DNA from: Camelus ferus
Taxonomy: Eukaryota
Reading direction: 5' to 3'
NCBI RefSeq assembly: GCF_009834535.1
Contig: NC_045697.1
Coordinates: forward strand, 82,896,001 to 82,960,000
Length of the DNA: 64,000 bases
Below the pieces are notes generated by a model. It was not told the DNA's origin. It saw nothing but the letters and a program-made list of their open reading frames with translations, and searched no databases. Shown piece after piece: positions 26,310 to 40,859 of the stretch. A program made the translations under genes and the position numbers. The stretch's first letter is position 1, and every line of letters begins with the position of its first letter.

Positions 26310-27640
26310 CATTTATAGATGTCATATCTAGAAATATTGTTCCACAGATCAATGATGCTCTTTTCATTTTTTAAAATGATTTCCCCCTATATGTTTCATT
26401 TTGCGTACTTTATATTGCTATGCCTTCAGGTTCATTATTTTTCACTCCTACAATGTGTAATATGCCTATTAGGCAAATTATCCTTATCCACATTATCCAA
26501 ATTATCATATATGTAGTGTATTTTTCCTCTTTAATGTTATAGCATTCATATCTAAAAGTTTAACTATCTTCTTACATTCCCCATGTCTCTAACTTTTTGA
26601 ACAAATGGAATATAATAAAAAGTTTTAATATTTTTATCTGCTACTGGTAACATTCATCCCAGTTCTATGTTAACTTTTATTGAATAATTATTCCTCTTAT
26701 TATAGGAGATATTATTCTGGTTCTTTGTATGCTAGAAAAATTTTGTTGGATGGTAGACATTGTGTGTTGGATATGTTTATATTTCTATAAATATCCTTGT
26801 GCTTTGTTCTGTGGTGTAATAAAGTACCTAAAAGCAGTTTTATCCTTCTGGGTGTTGCTTTTTTCTTTCTTTTTTTTAAACATAGCTTTGGGGCAATGCT
26901 CCAGCTAGGGCTATTCCCAACTACTGATGTAAGACTTTCCTGAGGACTCTGCCCAGTGCCCCTTGGATTAAAAAATTTTCTAGCCTGGCTTGCGGGTGGA
27001 ACTACAGGCACTGTTTCCTTAAATCCTTTGGGTGGTGCTTCCCCAGGCCTCAAGTGTTTCCTCGCATATATGATAAATACTCTTCTGAATACTCAAGATG
27101 GACCTGCCAATCTCTCTTTGTACAGCTCTCGTCTCTCTGGTACTTTGCCCTGCAAACTCTAGCTTCCTTGGTTTCCCTGCACTCAGCTCTATCTTCTCAA
27201 CTCAGGGAGTTCCCAGGGCTCCACATCAATTTCTCTTCTTTACACTAAAGTCTGGAAACTCTCTCAAGGCAGTAAGGGCAATTTTAGGGTACACCTCATT
27301 TGGCTCTTGTATCTCAAGGACCAATGTCCTTCTTTGCCCAATGTAAACTATCTTGAAGACTGTTGATTTATATATCGTTTTAAAATTTTCTTTTGTTGTT
27401 GTTTTTTCAGGCACAGAGAGGGCAGGTAAATCTGTCCTTTGTAACTCTTCTTTACCAGAAGCAAAGTCTTCTATACTCTGTATCTTCTTTATTTTTTTCT
27501 ATTTTCCATAGCTTTTTATTGTTTTGGAGGCCTCTGAGGAGTTTTTCACCATAAGTGCTACCTCTCTAATTTTAGTTTTTTCATTCACTTCTAGAACTTC
27601 TGTTTATTTTATTTTTATGCTTTCCAATTTTCAAGAAAAG
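26310..27640 (-). mobile_element. Old L1ME/MD-type 5' region; similar old L1-like sequence resumes ~29137-29570
   Basis: ccacagatcaatgatgctcttttcatttt...gccttcaggttcatta; related to 33950-34800 within this window. Confidence 0.6.
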
Positions 27641-27658
27641 TTTGCAATCTCACCTTTT

Positions 27659-29117
27659 ATTTATTTTTTATTGAAGTATAGTTGCTGTACAATGTTGTGT
27701 TAGTTTCTGGTGTGCACCATAGTGATTCAGTTATACATACATATTCTTTTTCATTATAGGTTATTACAATATATTGGATATAGTTCCCTGTGCTATATAG
27801 TAGGAACTTGTTGTTTATTTATTCTATGTATAATAGTTTATATCTGCTAATGCCAAACTCCTAATTTATCCCTCCCCCCAACCCCCCTTTGGTAACCATC
27901 AATTTCTTTTCTATGTCTGTGAGTCTCTTTCTATTTTGTAAATAAGTTCATTTGTATCATTTTTTTTGGATTCCGCATATAAGTGATACTATATATTTTT
28001 CTTTCCCTGACTGATTTACTTCACTTAGTATGATAATCTCTAAATCTATCCATGCTGCTACAAATGGCATTATTTCTTTTTATGGCTGAGTAGTATTCCA
28101 TTGTATACACACACACCCCCCACATCTTCTTTATCCAATTATCTGTCCATGGACATTTAGATTGCTTTCATGTCTTGACTATTGTAAATAGTGCTGCTAT
28201 GAACATTGGGGTGCATGTATCTTTTCAAATTTAAGTTTTCTCTGGATATATTCCCAGGAGTGGGATTGCTGAATCATATGGTAACTCTTTTTTAGTTTTT
28301 AAAGAAATCGCCATACTGTTTTCCATAGTGTCTGCACCAAATTACATTCCTACCAGCAGCGTTGGAGGGTTCCTTTTCTCTGCAATCCCTCCAGCGTTTG
28401 TCATTTGTGGACTTTTTAATGATGGCCATTCTAACCCGTGTGAGGTGATAGATACCTCATTGTACTTTTGATTTGCATTTCTCTGATAATTAACAATATT
28501 GAGCATTTTTTCATGTGCCTATTGGCCATTTGTGTGTCTTCATTAGAGAAATTTCTGTCTAGGTCTTCTGCCCATTTTTGGATTGGGTTTTTTTTTGTTG
28601 TTGTTGTTGTTGTTAAGTTGTATGAGCTGTTTATATATTCTGGAAATTAAACCCCTGTCAGTCTCATTGTTTGCACATATTTTTTTCTCAGTTCACAGGT
28701 TGTCTTTTCATTTTGCTTATGGTTTCCTTTGCTATGCAAAACTTATAAGTTTCATTAGGTCCCATTTGTTTATTTTTGCTTTTATTTCTATGGCCTTGGG
28801 AGACTGCCCTAGGAAAACATTGCTGTGATTTATGTTTTGCCTATGTTCTCTTCTAGAAAATTTGTAGTGTTCTGTCTTATGTTTAGGTCTTTAAGCCATT
28901 TAGAATTTATTTTTGTGTATGGTGTGAGGGAGCGTTCTAACCACTGATTTACATGTGGCTTTCCTAACACCACTTGTCAAAGAGACTGTCTTGTCTCCAT
29001 TGTATATTCTTACCCACTTTGTCAAAGATTGACCATAGCTGTGTGGGTTTATTTCTGGGCTCTCTATTTTGTTCCATTGATTCATATGTCTACTTTTGTG
29101 CCAATACCACCGTTTTG
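27659..29117 (-). mobile_element. LINE-1, 5'-truncated, camelid/cetartiodactyl type
   Basis: ttgaagtatagttg 3' end; ORF2 peptide [36 protein letters not shown](T/C)CACCTTTT at 27644-27658 and 29118-29132. Confidence 0.96.
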
Positions 29118-29569
29118 GCAATCCCACCTTTTATTTGCTCAAATATATTATGCATACACATTTTAAAAGTCTGTGTGTGATAATTCCAATGTAATGAAGA
29201 GACAATTTATAGTATCTCTTTGAATTCTGATCATGGTGTCTACTCTTGTTGAGTGCCTGCTTAGGTTGATTAAATGGTATACAGTGAATTGAACATTTGT
29301 AAACGTTATTTGTGGCCTAGAACGAGGTAAGCATTAAGTTTGCTTTTTGCAGACACTTGGTGTACTAGCAATCTCAAACCACTTAAAATTTTAGGGGTCC
29401 AAATATTTTAAAGTTGGGCCTTACCCCATTCCAGGCCCAGTTTGTTTCAAGTTTATAGTTATATCTGTAAGTAGAATAGTATCTTTTTAGGTTTCAGTTA
29501 AAAGCATGAAGCATTTATCTGGAAACCCCTCTTTGGGAGCTGCAAACTAAAATTTTAGTTCCTTTAGCC

Positions 29570-29780
29570 CAGCAGGTCTTTATTAGGCACTATTTTGTCC
29601 CAGGATATTTTTGGTATTACCTGGGGGCAACTTTGTTATCATATCTTGGTAGAGGAAGGTTGTTGCTGCTAGCATCTAGTGGGTACAGAACAGGGATACT
29701 ATTATACTTTCTACAATACACAGGACAGCCCCAGAACAAAGAGTTATCCAGTGCAAAAATTTAATATTGAAAAACCCTCC
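29570..29780 (+). mobile_element. MER20 (hAT-Charlie)
   Basis: tgctgctagcatctagtgggtacaga...ctacaatacacaggacagcccc...aaagagttatccag...tgaaaaaccct. Confidence 0.85.
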
Positions 29781-31167
29781 CTAGCCCTAGGAAACAGTGA
29801 AAAGTTCATTTCAGCCTCAGAGTTTCTCATTTGCTTCTTTTTGAGTCAGCAGAGCAGAGGGGAAATGCAGCCCTAAATGCCATGCTCACATCTCTGTTTT
29901 CCTTATTCTTTTGGTTCTTGCCCATAATTCTTTCTTGCCTACTTAAGTCTCCAAAGCCTTTGGTTTGATGACTTTTTCCTCATCTTTTTCCATATTCCCA
30001 AATGATTCTTGATAGGAGAGCATCACTAGACAATCATATTTTTCCGACATCTTAAAATGCATGCATCCCCTATTAAACTTTGCTGTAAAATTTTGAAATA
30101 CTTGTTTAAATTTTGCTTTTGAAATAATTTGATAATAGATGTACACTATATGTCAAGTTATTTCAAACCAAACCAAGAATTGTATGAAATTATATAAATT
30201 ACATGAATCTAAAATGTCTAATTTTTTTACTTAAACAACTTTTTTTCCATTTTCGCTTTTTTATTTTTACTTTAACATTTGGTGCAAAATTATTCTTCTT
30301 CCAACTTAAAATATTTTCCCCCATAGTTAGAAAATGATATAAGCACCTTAAAATTTCACAGAGATCTATTATTTAATGTGAATATATTAAGTACCACATT
30401 TTTAATTTATTACAAAAAATACTCTGGGAGAAAAACAAATACTTGCTAGCAGCATACACCCATCACTCAGGTATGAAGTGATTTTGTTGCTGGGTTTTAA
30501 AAGGCTTATAAATAACTTTCATCTAGCTATCTCAGAGCTGCATGTATTATAGCTGATGTATAATTGACAGAGGTAATTCTCCTCTCCTTAAAACATTAAT
30601 TGCAACAAGCATCTCCCAGTAAGCTCATGAATACAAAATATCTCAGGTCATTTGATGACACTGTGCAACATATATTTTAAGGTCTGACCAGTCCCATTTG
30701 ATGGATTGACCATCAGAAGACCTACTTTATGGAAAAGAGTACTTAAATGTTAGGTAATTTAAGCTATGTTTATATAATGTAGAAGCACCTCACAATTTCT
30801 AACTTTAAACATAAATTTTTCTCTTTTGTTATTATAATCAATTTCCAGGGTTAGAAAAAACAACATTAATAGTTCCATGAATTTGATTTATTTTTCCCAA
30901 GATACCAAGATACTACGTGATTATGTTGCAAACACAATTATTTAAGTTTCAAGATTTTAAACTTCTCCTTCTTGTTTCTATATTCTTACCTGTTTTTTCA
31001 CCATATTGATATATTCACCACTACTGAACATACAATAAATTTTTCCAATGATCTGATAAAACCTTAGAAACTCACATAAGATCATCAATCAATAAATTCA
31101 GCAGAAACCTGGAAGACTGATCCTTCATGTAAGCATTATAATTTGGATCTCAGTATGTATATGTATA

Positions 31168-31492
31168 TGTACTGGGGTTGAATAGTTTCCGCTCAAAATT
31201 TGTGTCATGCCCACCTGGAACCATATAAGAGGGAAATTCAGACACAGAGGCACAGGCACACAGGGGTCATACTATGTGACAATGGAGGAATGATAACCCT
31301 ACAAGTCGGGGAATCCTCAGAAGTTATAAGAACCAATGAGGTCTTCCTGGGAGCTTTCAGGGAGTGATCATGGCCCTGACAACCCCTTAATTTAAAGCTT
31401 CTAGCCTCCAGAATTGTGAGAGAACACATTTCTGTTGTTTTAGGCCACCCAGTCTGTGTAATTTATTAGGGCAACCCTGGGAAACTACTACA
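31168..31492 (+). mobile_element. MaLR solo LTR (MLT1B/C-like, internally deleted)
   Basis: TG...CA; cttctagcctccagaattgtgagagaacacatttctgttgttttaggccacccagtctgtg. Confidence 0.85.
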
Positions 31493-33839
31493 TTCAGTAT
31501 TATAAAACAATCAGAATAATATTATGCTACCTTTTCATATTTTAATTGTATATTTAAGCATATCATAGCCAATAGATGCTTTAAAAACTCCTCATTCCAA
31601 AATATGAGCATTTTTATACAAATACATACCTACACATTTCTACTGATACTTTCTGGGTTCTGAAATTCAATGTATCTTTATAATAACTTGATGTGGTTTT
31701 ACTTTTTACTTTATGGCAGAATAAACTAGATTTTTTTTCTTTTTTTGGTTAAGGAAATAATTCATTTACTTTTACAATCAGCTTCAGGATAACACATCAT
31801 CTACCCAGTAAAATGTGTAGTTACAAGCATTCAAAAAGGAAGAACAAAAAGCAGTAATCCTTTGCTTTACCAGAAACTATACTTAAACCACACTGCAAAC
31901 TAATCTACCTCAGTCTAGGCTATGCAAATTATAATCTCGCAGTGCACCATAAACCATTTCAACTCAAAGCAAAATTCGTATAGTTTTCCTGCAGGAGTAC
32001 ATCCCTTTGGTGGCAAACTGAATTTGTTATTACATGTTAGTTTATTTATTTCAGTCACTTACCAGTATCCTTTTCTAATTAAGTATTTATAAATTTAAAA
32101 TTAAGTATAAAAATTTGATTGTAAGGAAATAGTTTAAAACCTTATTGAAATACACATATAAATAAACAAAATTTGAAATTCTGAGCCCGTTATTAAAGTC
32201 TTAGGCAAATGACATTGGATTCTAAAGTGTGGGTACTATGATCTGTATAGTATAAATTGCTGTTTTACTTGATTAAATGCCTTCATATTATATGACTAAA
32301 CATAGTCATATAAAATTAAACTATAATCAATAATTTGATGAAAGTGTGAATTTTATTTGTAGAAAACATTTTTTTTCCAATTCAGCAGACACCTTTAGAT
32401 AACCATTATAAGGAATAACCAAATTCCCACAGTCTTCTGAAGTATATTCTAGCTACCAACAGGCTTCTTATATCACCAGTCTTTCAAAGGTATGCAATAA
32501 ATTGTATAAATTTCAGGTTACCTAACATAGAAGCCAAACTAATGAATCGCCCCCATAACCTCATTAGCTCTAGATAATCACCCAAAATAGCTATGAATAT
32601 AGCTGAAGAAAATAAGGTTCATTTAACCTTTTTCTGAATTGGTAAACACTTGTAAGATTAAAGAAACGATCCTTTCCAAGCAAAGTAATCAAGTCCACTT
32701 TCTTAGGTTATGTTAGTGTGATTAATTCATCAATCCTGATTTTTTTAGGAGCTATCAACATGACTGTGAGATTAATATCAGTGTAATATTTTTACTATTT
32801 AACTTCCATTTCCCCTAGAATTTTGAAGTCTTAGTACACACACTGCTACATATTACTCTATCTAGTAGCCCATTAAAAGCAATTGTGTGTTTGTGTCTAT
32901 TGAGTCAAGGAGCTCCACAGTAAAACAGTTTTCAACAAAATTAGAATGGTTAAACATATTAATAAGTACTGTTAAAACTGCTTATATTTATATGCTGCCT
33001 TATAGATTATACAGAGCACTTCAACTCACATGTCATTGAATTTTCTAGCAATGGACCAAATAGGAAAATATTAAAAGAGTTTGAAAATTCACTGTACCTC
33101 TTCCAAACACAAGGGTCAAGTAGAAAGTTCTCTCTATGGTAAGACATTGATTCTAGCAGTCTGCATTTTTAAACTAGAACTCTTGAAAGGAGGGTAAAAT
33201 ATATTATAAATACAAAATACACACACACAGACACACACAGATAAATAGCAGCCAATCAGGAAAAGAACAGGTGACTTCTGTTTAAACACATGGCCTTATT
33301 AAAAAATTCAAGTTCCATTTCTTTAACTATTCATGCTCATTTCTTTTCTTCATCATCATCATTTTCCCTAAAAGTTGACATTTAATGAGTGCCTACTATA
33401 TCCTAAGCATTTTAATTGTATCTCTCCTCTTTAGCAAGTATGATTTCCACTTTCTGGGTGAGGTGTCTCAAAGAAAGTGTGTTTTTGTCTCAAGCCAAAG
33501 AAAGAGTAAAAAGAAGAGCTAAGATTGAGAAGAAACCTGTCCTAAGACCACATTCTTATCAGTTGGCCGAATCAAGTAGCTTATACTATGTAGATGATCA
33601 AGAGGGAGAGATATTTGTTCCTTAAGTGCAGAGTTCAGAAATTAAAGGGACAAAAGGAAAGATTCTTTCCCCCTTTGTCAAACTTAGCTGTGTGTTAAAA
33701 CATAAGTAACTATGTAAGTGCATGTGGGATTAAATAAATATGAAGATGAATCTAGTGTCCTTTGGAGAATATGGTTTATTTTTCATTATGAATGTTAAAA
33801 TTTATGACAATTTATACATAATTAGAAACACATCATAAA

Positions 33840-33945
33840 TTTACATGAATAATATACATCAACATGATATTAATCATAAAGAGAAAGACAGTAACTTTAG
33901 AAAGGGGAAACCTATCAGATACCACACTAACCAAAGTGGACATAG
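33840..33945 (+). mobile_element. L1MC/MD 3'UTR fragment
   Basis: cagtaactttagaaaggggaaacctatcagataccacactaaccaaagtg. Confidence 0.5.
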
Positions 33946-33949
33946 GGTA

Positions 33950-34800
33950 TGTTTTTGTAATTACTGTTTTAGTGTTTGTTTTTATGCTTTCTACTATCTG
34001 TATAATTTTTGGGTCAGTTTTTGTTTTCTCTTCATTAGATTTTCTATTTTCCTCCTTATGTGCGTATCTGGTCATTTTGTGGGGCACCAATCATCATGAA
34101 TTCTACCTCAACTGTTACTGAATGTTTTTATGTTACTATATTCTTGAGCTTGTTTTGGGGATACAGTTAAGCTTTTTGGAAATAGTTTTATCCTTTTGAA
34201 TCTTGCTCTTAAACTTTGTTAATCTGGATTAGAACTGTGTTTAATCTAGGATTAATTTTTCTACCACCTTTGTGGCAAGACCCTGCTTAATACTGTAACC
34301 AGTGGCCCCCAATTGTAGTTTTCTACTTTGGTTGTTAAGAACATGTGTTGTTCTATATCCCCTTTAAATGCAGATACTCTTACCTCTAATCTTCTGGAGG
34401 GTTCTTTTCCTGGCACCAGGTGGTGTCTTTACTTCATTCTATGACCAGTAATCAACTGAATATTCAAGAAGCTCTTCTCAATGGATTTGAACTTCTCTCT
34501 CTGGGTACCTCTCTTTTCTGTAGTACTCTGTCCTGCAGATTCTACCCTCCTTGGCTTCCCAAGACATCTAGCTCCATCTCCTAAATTCAGGGAGAGTGTG
34601 GGCTCTGTCTGGACTTCCTCTTCCTGTACTACAGCCTGGAAAGTGGGCCACCTCCTTATTTCCCATTCTTTGTCTTTCACTTCTTGATACCCAGGCCCTC
34701 AAGTGCTGTTGTTTCAAATATTTTGTCTGATTTTTTGTTTGTTTTTACTTTTAGGCAGCAGTGTATCATTACTCCATCTTCACTGGAGTGGAAGATACCA
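33950..34800 (-). mobile_element. Old L1ME-type 5' region
   Basis: Colinear similarity to 26650-27470 (e.g. cagggagagtgtgggctctgtctggacttcctcttcctgtactacagcctggaaa). Confidence 0.6.
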
Positions 34801-37800
34801 CGATTATTTTGTAATACATATTTAAAATGTGTACTTGTATTATCTCACTGCTTTTTATATTTATGGGATTGATCACTCCGTAAAACAAAACAGTTTTGTG
34901 TTTCTTGTACTGTTACAAGAAATATGTAGTTTTTAAAAAAATACTTCAGACAATTAGATACATTTCTACACATAGTATCACTTCTTTCATAATATCTATA
35001 TGGATAGATGTATTGGAGACTATCTGCAGTTTGTTTGCACTTCCTATTTGGAAATCGCTTTTAGGTTTTAACTTTGGGTTTTATTTTCCTTTAATTTAGT
35101 TTGATTTCTTCTCTAACCCAGTTGATAAGTTTTAACATATATTTAAGACCTAAGTAATAGTCCTTTGAAATCATTCTTACATCTTTCCAAGTTTTGATCC
35201 CTCCCAAGAGACTTGACAATTTCTACTGAAACTGATGCAAAAAAAAAAAAAAAATTAACTCAGTTAACAATCAAATAAATAGATGTCCCCAAATCAGTGT
35301 TTCAGTTCATTACAGAAAGACAGTAACCTCACAACACTTAATTCTCTGCCTGTAAACTGACAAGTTGATTTTGTGAGTTATATAATCTCCATCCCAATTA
35401 TGAGAGATGCTGAAAAGTTGTATATTTGAAATGAGGAAATATGGTATCTTTCCTAAGTTACAGAGAAACAATCTGTGATTTTAAGACCTAAATTATCTCT
35501 TATACAGAGTCACAGAGCAAGAAACAGATGACAAAAAGGTTTGAACACAGATCATTCTTTCAGTCCAAAGTCCTTTCACCATACCATACTGCCAATCTTT
35601 AGAATTTTTAATTAAAAAAAAGTAAGCTATTTTAAATCTTATTGTTAACTTAGGACCTGATTTGTCCTCTTTGCAATGTTTGAAAATCATAAGGTTTGAT
35701 AAATGCATTCTGAATAAACGTATTAAGATATATAATTTGGATTGTTCAATGTGTTTTGAGTCAGTAACTTAAAGAGATTCCTTATGCCATGTCTAATAAT
35801 ACAATAATAGTAACAAAAATTTTTTGATATTTTTCATTACTTTACATAGCACATTTTTCTTTATTTTAAAGCATAAAAAAGAAACAGAAAGAAACAATGC
35901 TTTAGAAAATATGTTACTTAATCTATACTTACCTGAAATCTATTCTAAGTGTCCTCCAATATTAAGATGAGACTATCTTTAAATTTTAAAGAGGTAAGAG
36001 CTATAGTAAACTATGATATTAGAAATGACTCTCAGGGAAGAAAAAGTGCCAAATACATAATAATAATGGAAATAGACCACAGCTACTGTTTATGAATTGA
36101 TGTGCACTTACCCTTCTGTCTGTAAATGGTCTTTACAGATTAGACATTGTCTACATTCACTTGAACTGATGTAAACTGCCAACGATATGTGTGTTGAGAA
36201 TAGCTTTTTCCTGACACTGATCAATATGATTTTTCATCTTATTCTACTTTAGCTGTTTTTCTGAAAGTTCTCTAATTGCACTTCAGTGAAAATTACAGAA
36301 TCTGAAAAGTCACATTTTCATCTAACAAGGCATTGTCTTCAGCCATCGTAATACACGTTCAGCTTTAAATAAGTGAAAATACATAAGTAGAAGAGACTGT
36401 TAAATGCCATTCAATTTATTCTTTATGTGTAGTTTCTTTATTTCAAGACAGATGCCAGGAAAAAAAATGCTAGTATATAGTAGAAAGTAGAAAACATTTG
36501 GAGATAAATTAAAAAGAAAATTAGGAAATGCAAATATGTTGTGATTTTATTATTTTTTGTATAATTTTAGCAAATTAGCATAATATAACAAATTGATATA
36601 CTCCAGTTACTCGTGATTTTCTTCTTTCTTCCTACATTGATTGTTTTACATTTTCCCCCAAGTCTTTGATTTTGTCAAAAGCCAACCCTTTTATATAACA
36701 TGTTCTTTCCCATCCCAATTGATCTTTCTGCTGAGAGACAGAAAAGGCTTTAAGAGAATAATGGAGAAATAAACAATAAAAATGTAAATAATTTCTGTAA
36801 ATTGAACCTGAGAGAATACTTTTACACATTTTAAAATTTGGGGCACTCTTCACGTAGTAGTTAGTTTTGGGGTACCTACATTGAACTTGGCTCTGAAAGC
36901 CATTCATTTTTCATCTAACTATCCATTCCTTTCTCTCAGTAGTCAGCTCTCACATAACGGATGTATGGATAGAACGACATGTCCAAGTTCCCTCCAACAC
37001 CACCTTCTACCTTGTTCACAGCTAATAGCATTAGAGAAAGATATTGCTGAAATTAGACCAAGGTATAATCTCTAACTCTTAGGAAATAGAGTTGGAATAT
37101 GAGAGGTATGTTTCAGTTATATATAAGACCTAGTCCTTTAAGACGTATTGATCCATTTGCTAAGGTTGCCATATTGGAGTCACAACATTCAGGCCACGCT
37201 AGTCTAAAAGCATGAAGAGGGAGCTTATTAGTAGAAACAAAAAAAATGAATAAACATATTCAATTGTGATTAAGAAGTAGATCATTTGACCCTAGCAAGT
37301 AAAAGAAGAAATAGATGCATTCATTTTTCTGGAGGTTTACACTTTCTGTGTCTTAAGGATCTTGCTTGCTATGGTTCTTGCCCGTAAGTTCCAAGATATG
37401 CATCAGTTTACTTACAATATTTTACTTAGGCTCATTTGGATATACGTCTATTTCCTTCAAACAAATGATTCCTGATGTAGAAGCAAAACACAATATTTTC
37501 TGACTTTTCTTTTACTTATAACGTAAATGTAAATGTTTTAAGCCTGTTCTCTCTTCTACTGTTAATGTTGAATTCCATTGCTTAGCCTTGAAAATAATGA
37601 TAGTGAAAAATAATCTCAAAGAGAGAATATACTGTTTCTCCTCTTGCAGCTAGAGAAGTGCAAACACAATTCAAATTCATAAAGTTAGAGCTTATACTAA
37701 GTTGAGAATATTCTCAAAATACCAGGCTTATTTCCTTTCAAATATGGAAGATGCATTTTTTAAAAATGTACAACTCTGTTTTATTTTCTGTTATTGCAAA

Positions 37801-38029
37801 ATTCTCTTTGGAAGTATTTGAACTAATAAGTCTTTTAAGATGCCTAGGTTGCAGAGATTAAAATTATTCTGCTATTAAACAGTTAATAGCTTCTAACTAT
37901 CCAGATTCTACAGTTACAGCTGTTGCCTGGTATAACAATATCATAATTGACTCCTGAGTATTCCTGTGAAGGAAGTATGGATACACTTGTAGAATTTCTT
38001 GGCCAAGTGAAAAAAAAAAAAACAAAAAG

Positions 38030-38740
38030 AAATTTAACACTTCTTTCTTCTTCCTTCATGGTTGAATGAAAAGACAAGCCACAGATTGGGAGAAAATATT
38101 CGCTATTTGCACACTATGTGTCCCATAAAGAGCTTATATCCAGAATATGTTCCTTGGAAAGAACGCTAAAAACTCCAACTCTTAATGAAATCTATTATAA
38201 ATCATACAATCCAATTTTTCAAAATGGGCCAAAGACTTAGACACTTTCCCAAAGATAGATGACCAACCAACTCATGAAAACACGTTCAATATCATTAATC
38301 TCTGGGCAAATGCAACTTACAGTCACACAACAGCATTATTTATAATATCCATCAACATAGGAATAGGCACAAATTGTAGGGTTTCCACACAATAGAATAC
38401 CACACAGCAGTAAAAATAAATTAACTATTGATTCATGCTACAACATAATGAATCTCAAAATAATTATCTGAGTGAAAAAAATGAGACCAAAATAAAGGAT
38501 ATATAGTCTATGAATTCTTTCAGATAAAATTTGAAATCATACAAACTGATCCACTTTAACTAAGCAGATCAGTAGTTGCCTGGGGATGGGGTGTGAGGGC
38601 AGGAGGGAGGCATCGCAAAATGGATGTGATCATTATCTTGATGGTTAAAGGAATGTATACATATATTCAAGCTTTTCAAATGGTATGCTTTAAATATGTG
38701 CTTCAAACAGCATAGTCTCATAAAAACAAGCAAATAAAAA
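38030..38740 (+). mobile_element. Old L1 (L1MC/MD/ME) ORF2 end plus 3'UTR
   Basis: aatgaaaagacaagccacagattgggagaaaatatt; agcttatatccagaatat; atgaatctcaaaataatta; cagatcagtagttgcctgggg. Confidence 0.85.
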
Positions 38741-40363
38741 TAAACCGAAAATGACCTCTGTCTAGGAGAGAGATGTGCTTTTACTTTCTCAACACTTGAG
38801 GCTATTCCAGAAACATGAATAAAATGCAATAAGAGTTCATTTTTCATTAAAGCAGACCTCTCATTATAAACAAGTGTTATCAGAGTTACACTCCCTTCTT
38901 GGTCAAAACTTCTGTGATTGAATGTTGCAAGAGTTTTTGCAAATGCTAAAAAGACATCATGACAGATGTGGTGAAATTTTTTTAATTTTGATAGGACATA
39001 AATAATGCAACCGGGTTTGAGTAAAATGTTCATAGAGCAGCTAATTCTTAGTATAAAGAAATGTCAATTTTTAAAACATCACAGTTTAAAAAAAAATACA
39101 ATTTAAAATAAGCTGTACTCCATTCTTGTTTGGCTGCATTTGGATTCTGTAACGGTGACTTGCAGTCTGCTAAAGCACGAACAGCATTGACCTGGCCTCC
39201 ACTAGTTTGGAGAGATAAAAGTTACATGCAACCTGCATTTTGTGTCCAAAGAGAGGTCTAAAACCGTTTTAATGCAATGTCACACAATTTTCATGGTGTC
39301 TTTAAATTTAACTGATGCCAATGGAAGGTAACGTCTGACTGTAAAGGGCCAGCTTCTTTTCACAGCCGGCTTTCTCACGAAGCAGTTTTCTCGAGGTGTA
39401 TGTTCCAACAATCTTTTTTTTTTTTCCACTTTAATTTGCTTTTTCAGGGAAGAAAACAACCTTTTTTCTATCTGTGAGAAATAACAAAGTCTTTTCAACT
39501 GGAGAGAATAAGATTGGCTCCACAGAATTCATTATTGCCTCAGTAAGATACTACTAAAGCTAGGGAAGAGAACCCTCAAACTACAATTAGTTAAACAATT
39601 TCACTAGTTAATTATAATGTTACTCCGGGTGAGCATGTAATATGTGTGTTAAACAAAGGGAAATGGACTTGGATTGCTGACCATTTGTGTGGAATAACTT
39701 CTATCATTTCTCAAAATAATTGACATGGCAGAGTCCAAAATCGGTAAAAAAAAAAAAAAATATTAGTATTCATTTTGTGATCTTCTGAGAGATAATAATT
39801 ACTGTTTGGCAAACAGAAAATTGTTTATGCTGTACTTCTTCAATGCTATCTAGAAATTTCATCAGCAGCTGTCAAGTATGAAGTTATATCAAAGAGGAGA
39901 AATAAAACAAAAAACCTTCCAATCTACCTACTAAAGAATTTTTTTTTAATTTTCTTTTGTATTTAAGCATCCATGTGAATTATTTTTCTGATGGTTACTT
40001 CTATGTTAAAAAATATAGTGGATGAAAACATGAAATATTTATAAGCATACTTTTGAATACTTCTAAACAAAATAATTCACAATGTGAAAGATGTATCAGG
40101 AATTAAGGCTTTCTGCATGTCTCTTAATAGGTACCTTAGGTAATTCACTCATTGTACTACAAAGTAATTGTGTAATATTAGGCATTCAAAATGCAAAACT
40201 ATGTCACAAGACATATGTTATCTAAAGTGGCCACTTCTTTGCTTGCCTTGTATCAACATGCCTTTGACCCTATTATCTACCTCTCTTTTTCCAACCTCTT
40301 CTCTGCATTAAAGATTTATAAAATAACTTCTTTCTGAAAGCCTCTAACTGGATGACTAATAAG

Positions 40364-40855
40364 TGAATCTTTTTCCTATTGCTGTTGTAACAAATTATCA
40401 CAAATTTACTGGCTTAAAAAACATAATATATTACATTTCTGAAGATTAGAATCCTATCACTGGTTTCCCCAGGGCTAAAAGTCAAGGTTTCAGTAGGGCT
40501 GAGTTCCTTTCTGGAGGTTTTATGAGAAAATCATTCCCTTGCCTCTTCCAGCTTCTAGCAGCCACCCACATTCCTTGGGTTATGGTCCATTTAACCATTT
40601 CCAACATCAGCATCATAGAGCTGAGTCCTGCTCACTCTGCCTTCTCTTTAAGTTCTTTCTTCTGCCTCTCTCTTCCACTTTCGAAGAGCCTTGTAATTAC
40701 ATTGGGCCCAACCAGATAATACAGGCTAATTCTCTATCTTTAAGGTCAGCTGATTAGCAACTTTAATTCCCCTCTACTCTATCAAGTAGCATCTTCAGAG
40801 TTTCCAGAAAGCTGAATGTAAATGTCTCTAGGGAAGTCATTAGTCTGCTACCACA
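40364..40855 (-). mobile_element. MaLR solo LTR (MLT1D-like) inserted in L2
   Basis: ttcctattgctgttgtaacaaattatcacaaatt; cccttgcctcttccagcttctag; TG...CA; 5-bp TSD ATAAG/ATAAA. Confidence 0.9.
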
Positions 40856-40859
40856 ATAA

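Noticed and set aside
35925..35980. Minus-strand CAG|GTAAGT donor with a nearby acceptor
   Set aside because: All three frames contain stops and the acceptor is poor
38569..39033. Longest ORF (154 aa)
   Set aside because: Begins with a non-informative low-complexity composition, overlaps an old L1 3'UTR in antisense, and has no recognisable homology
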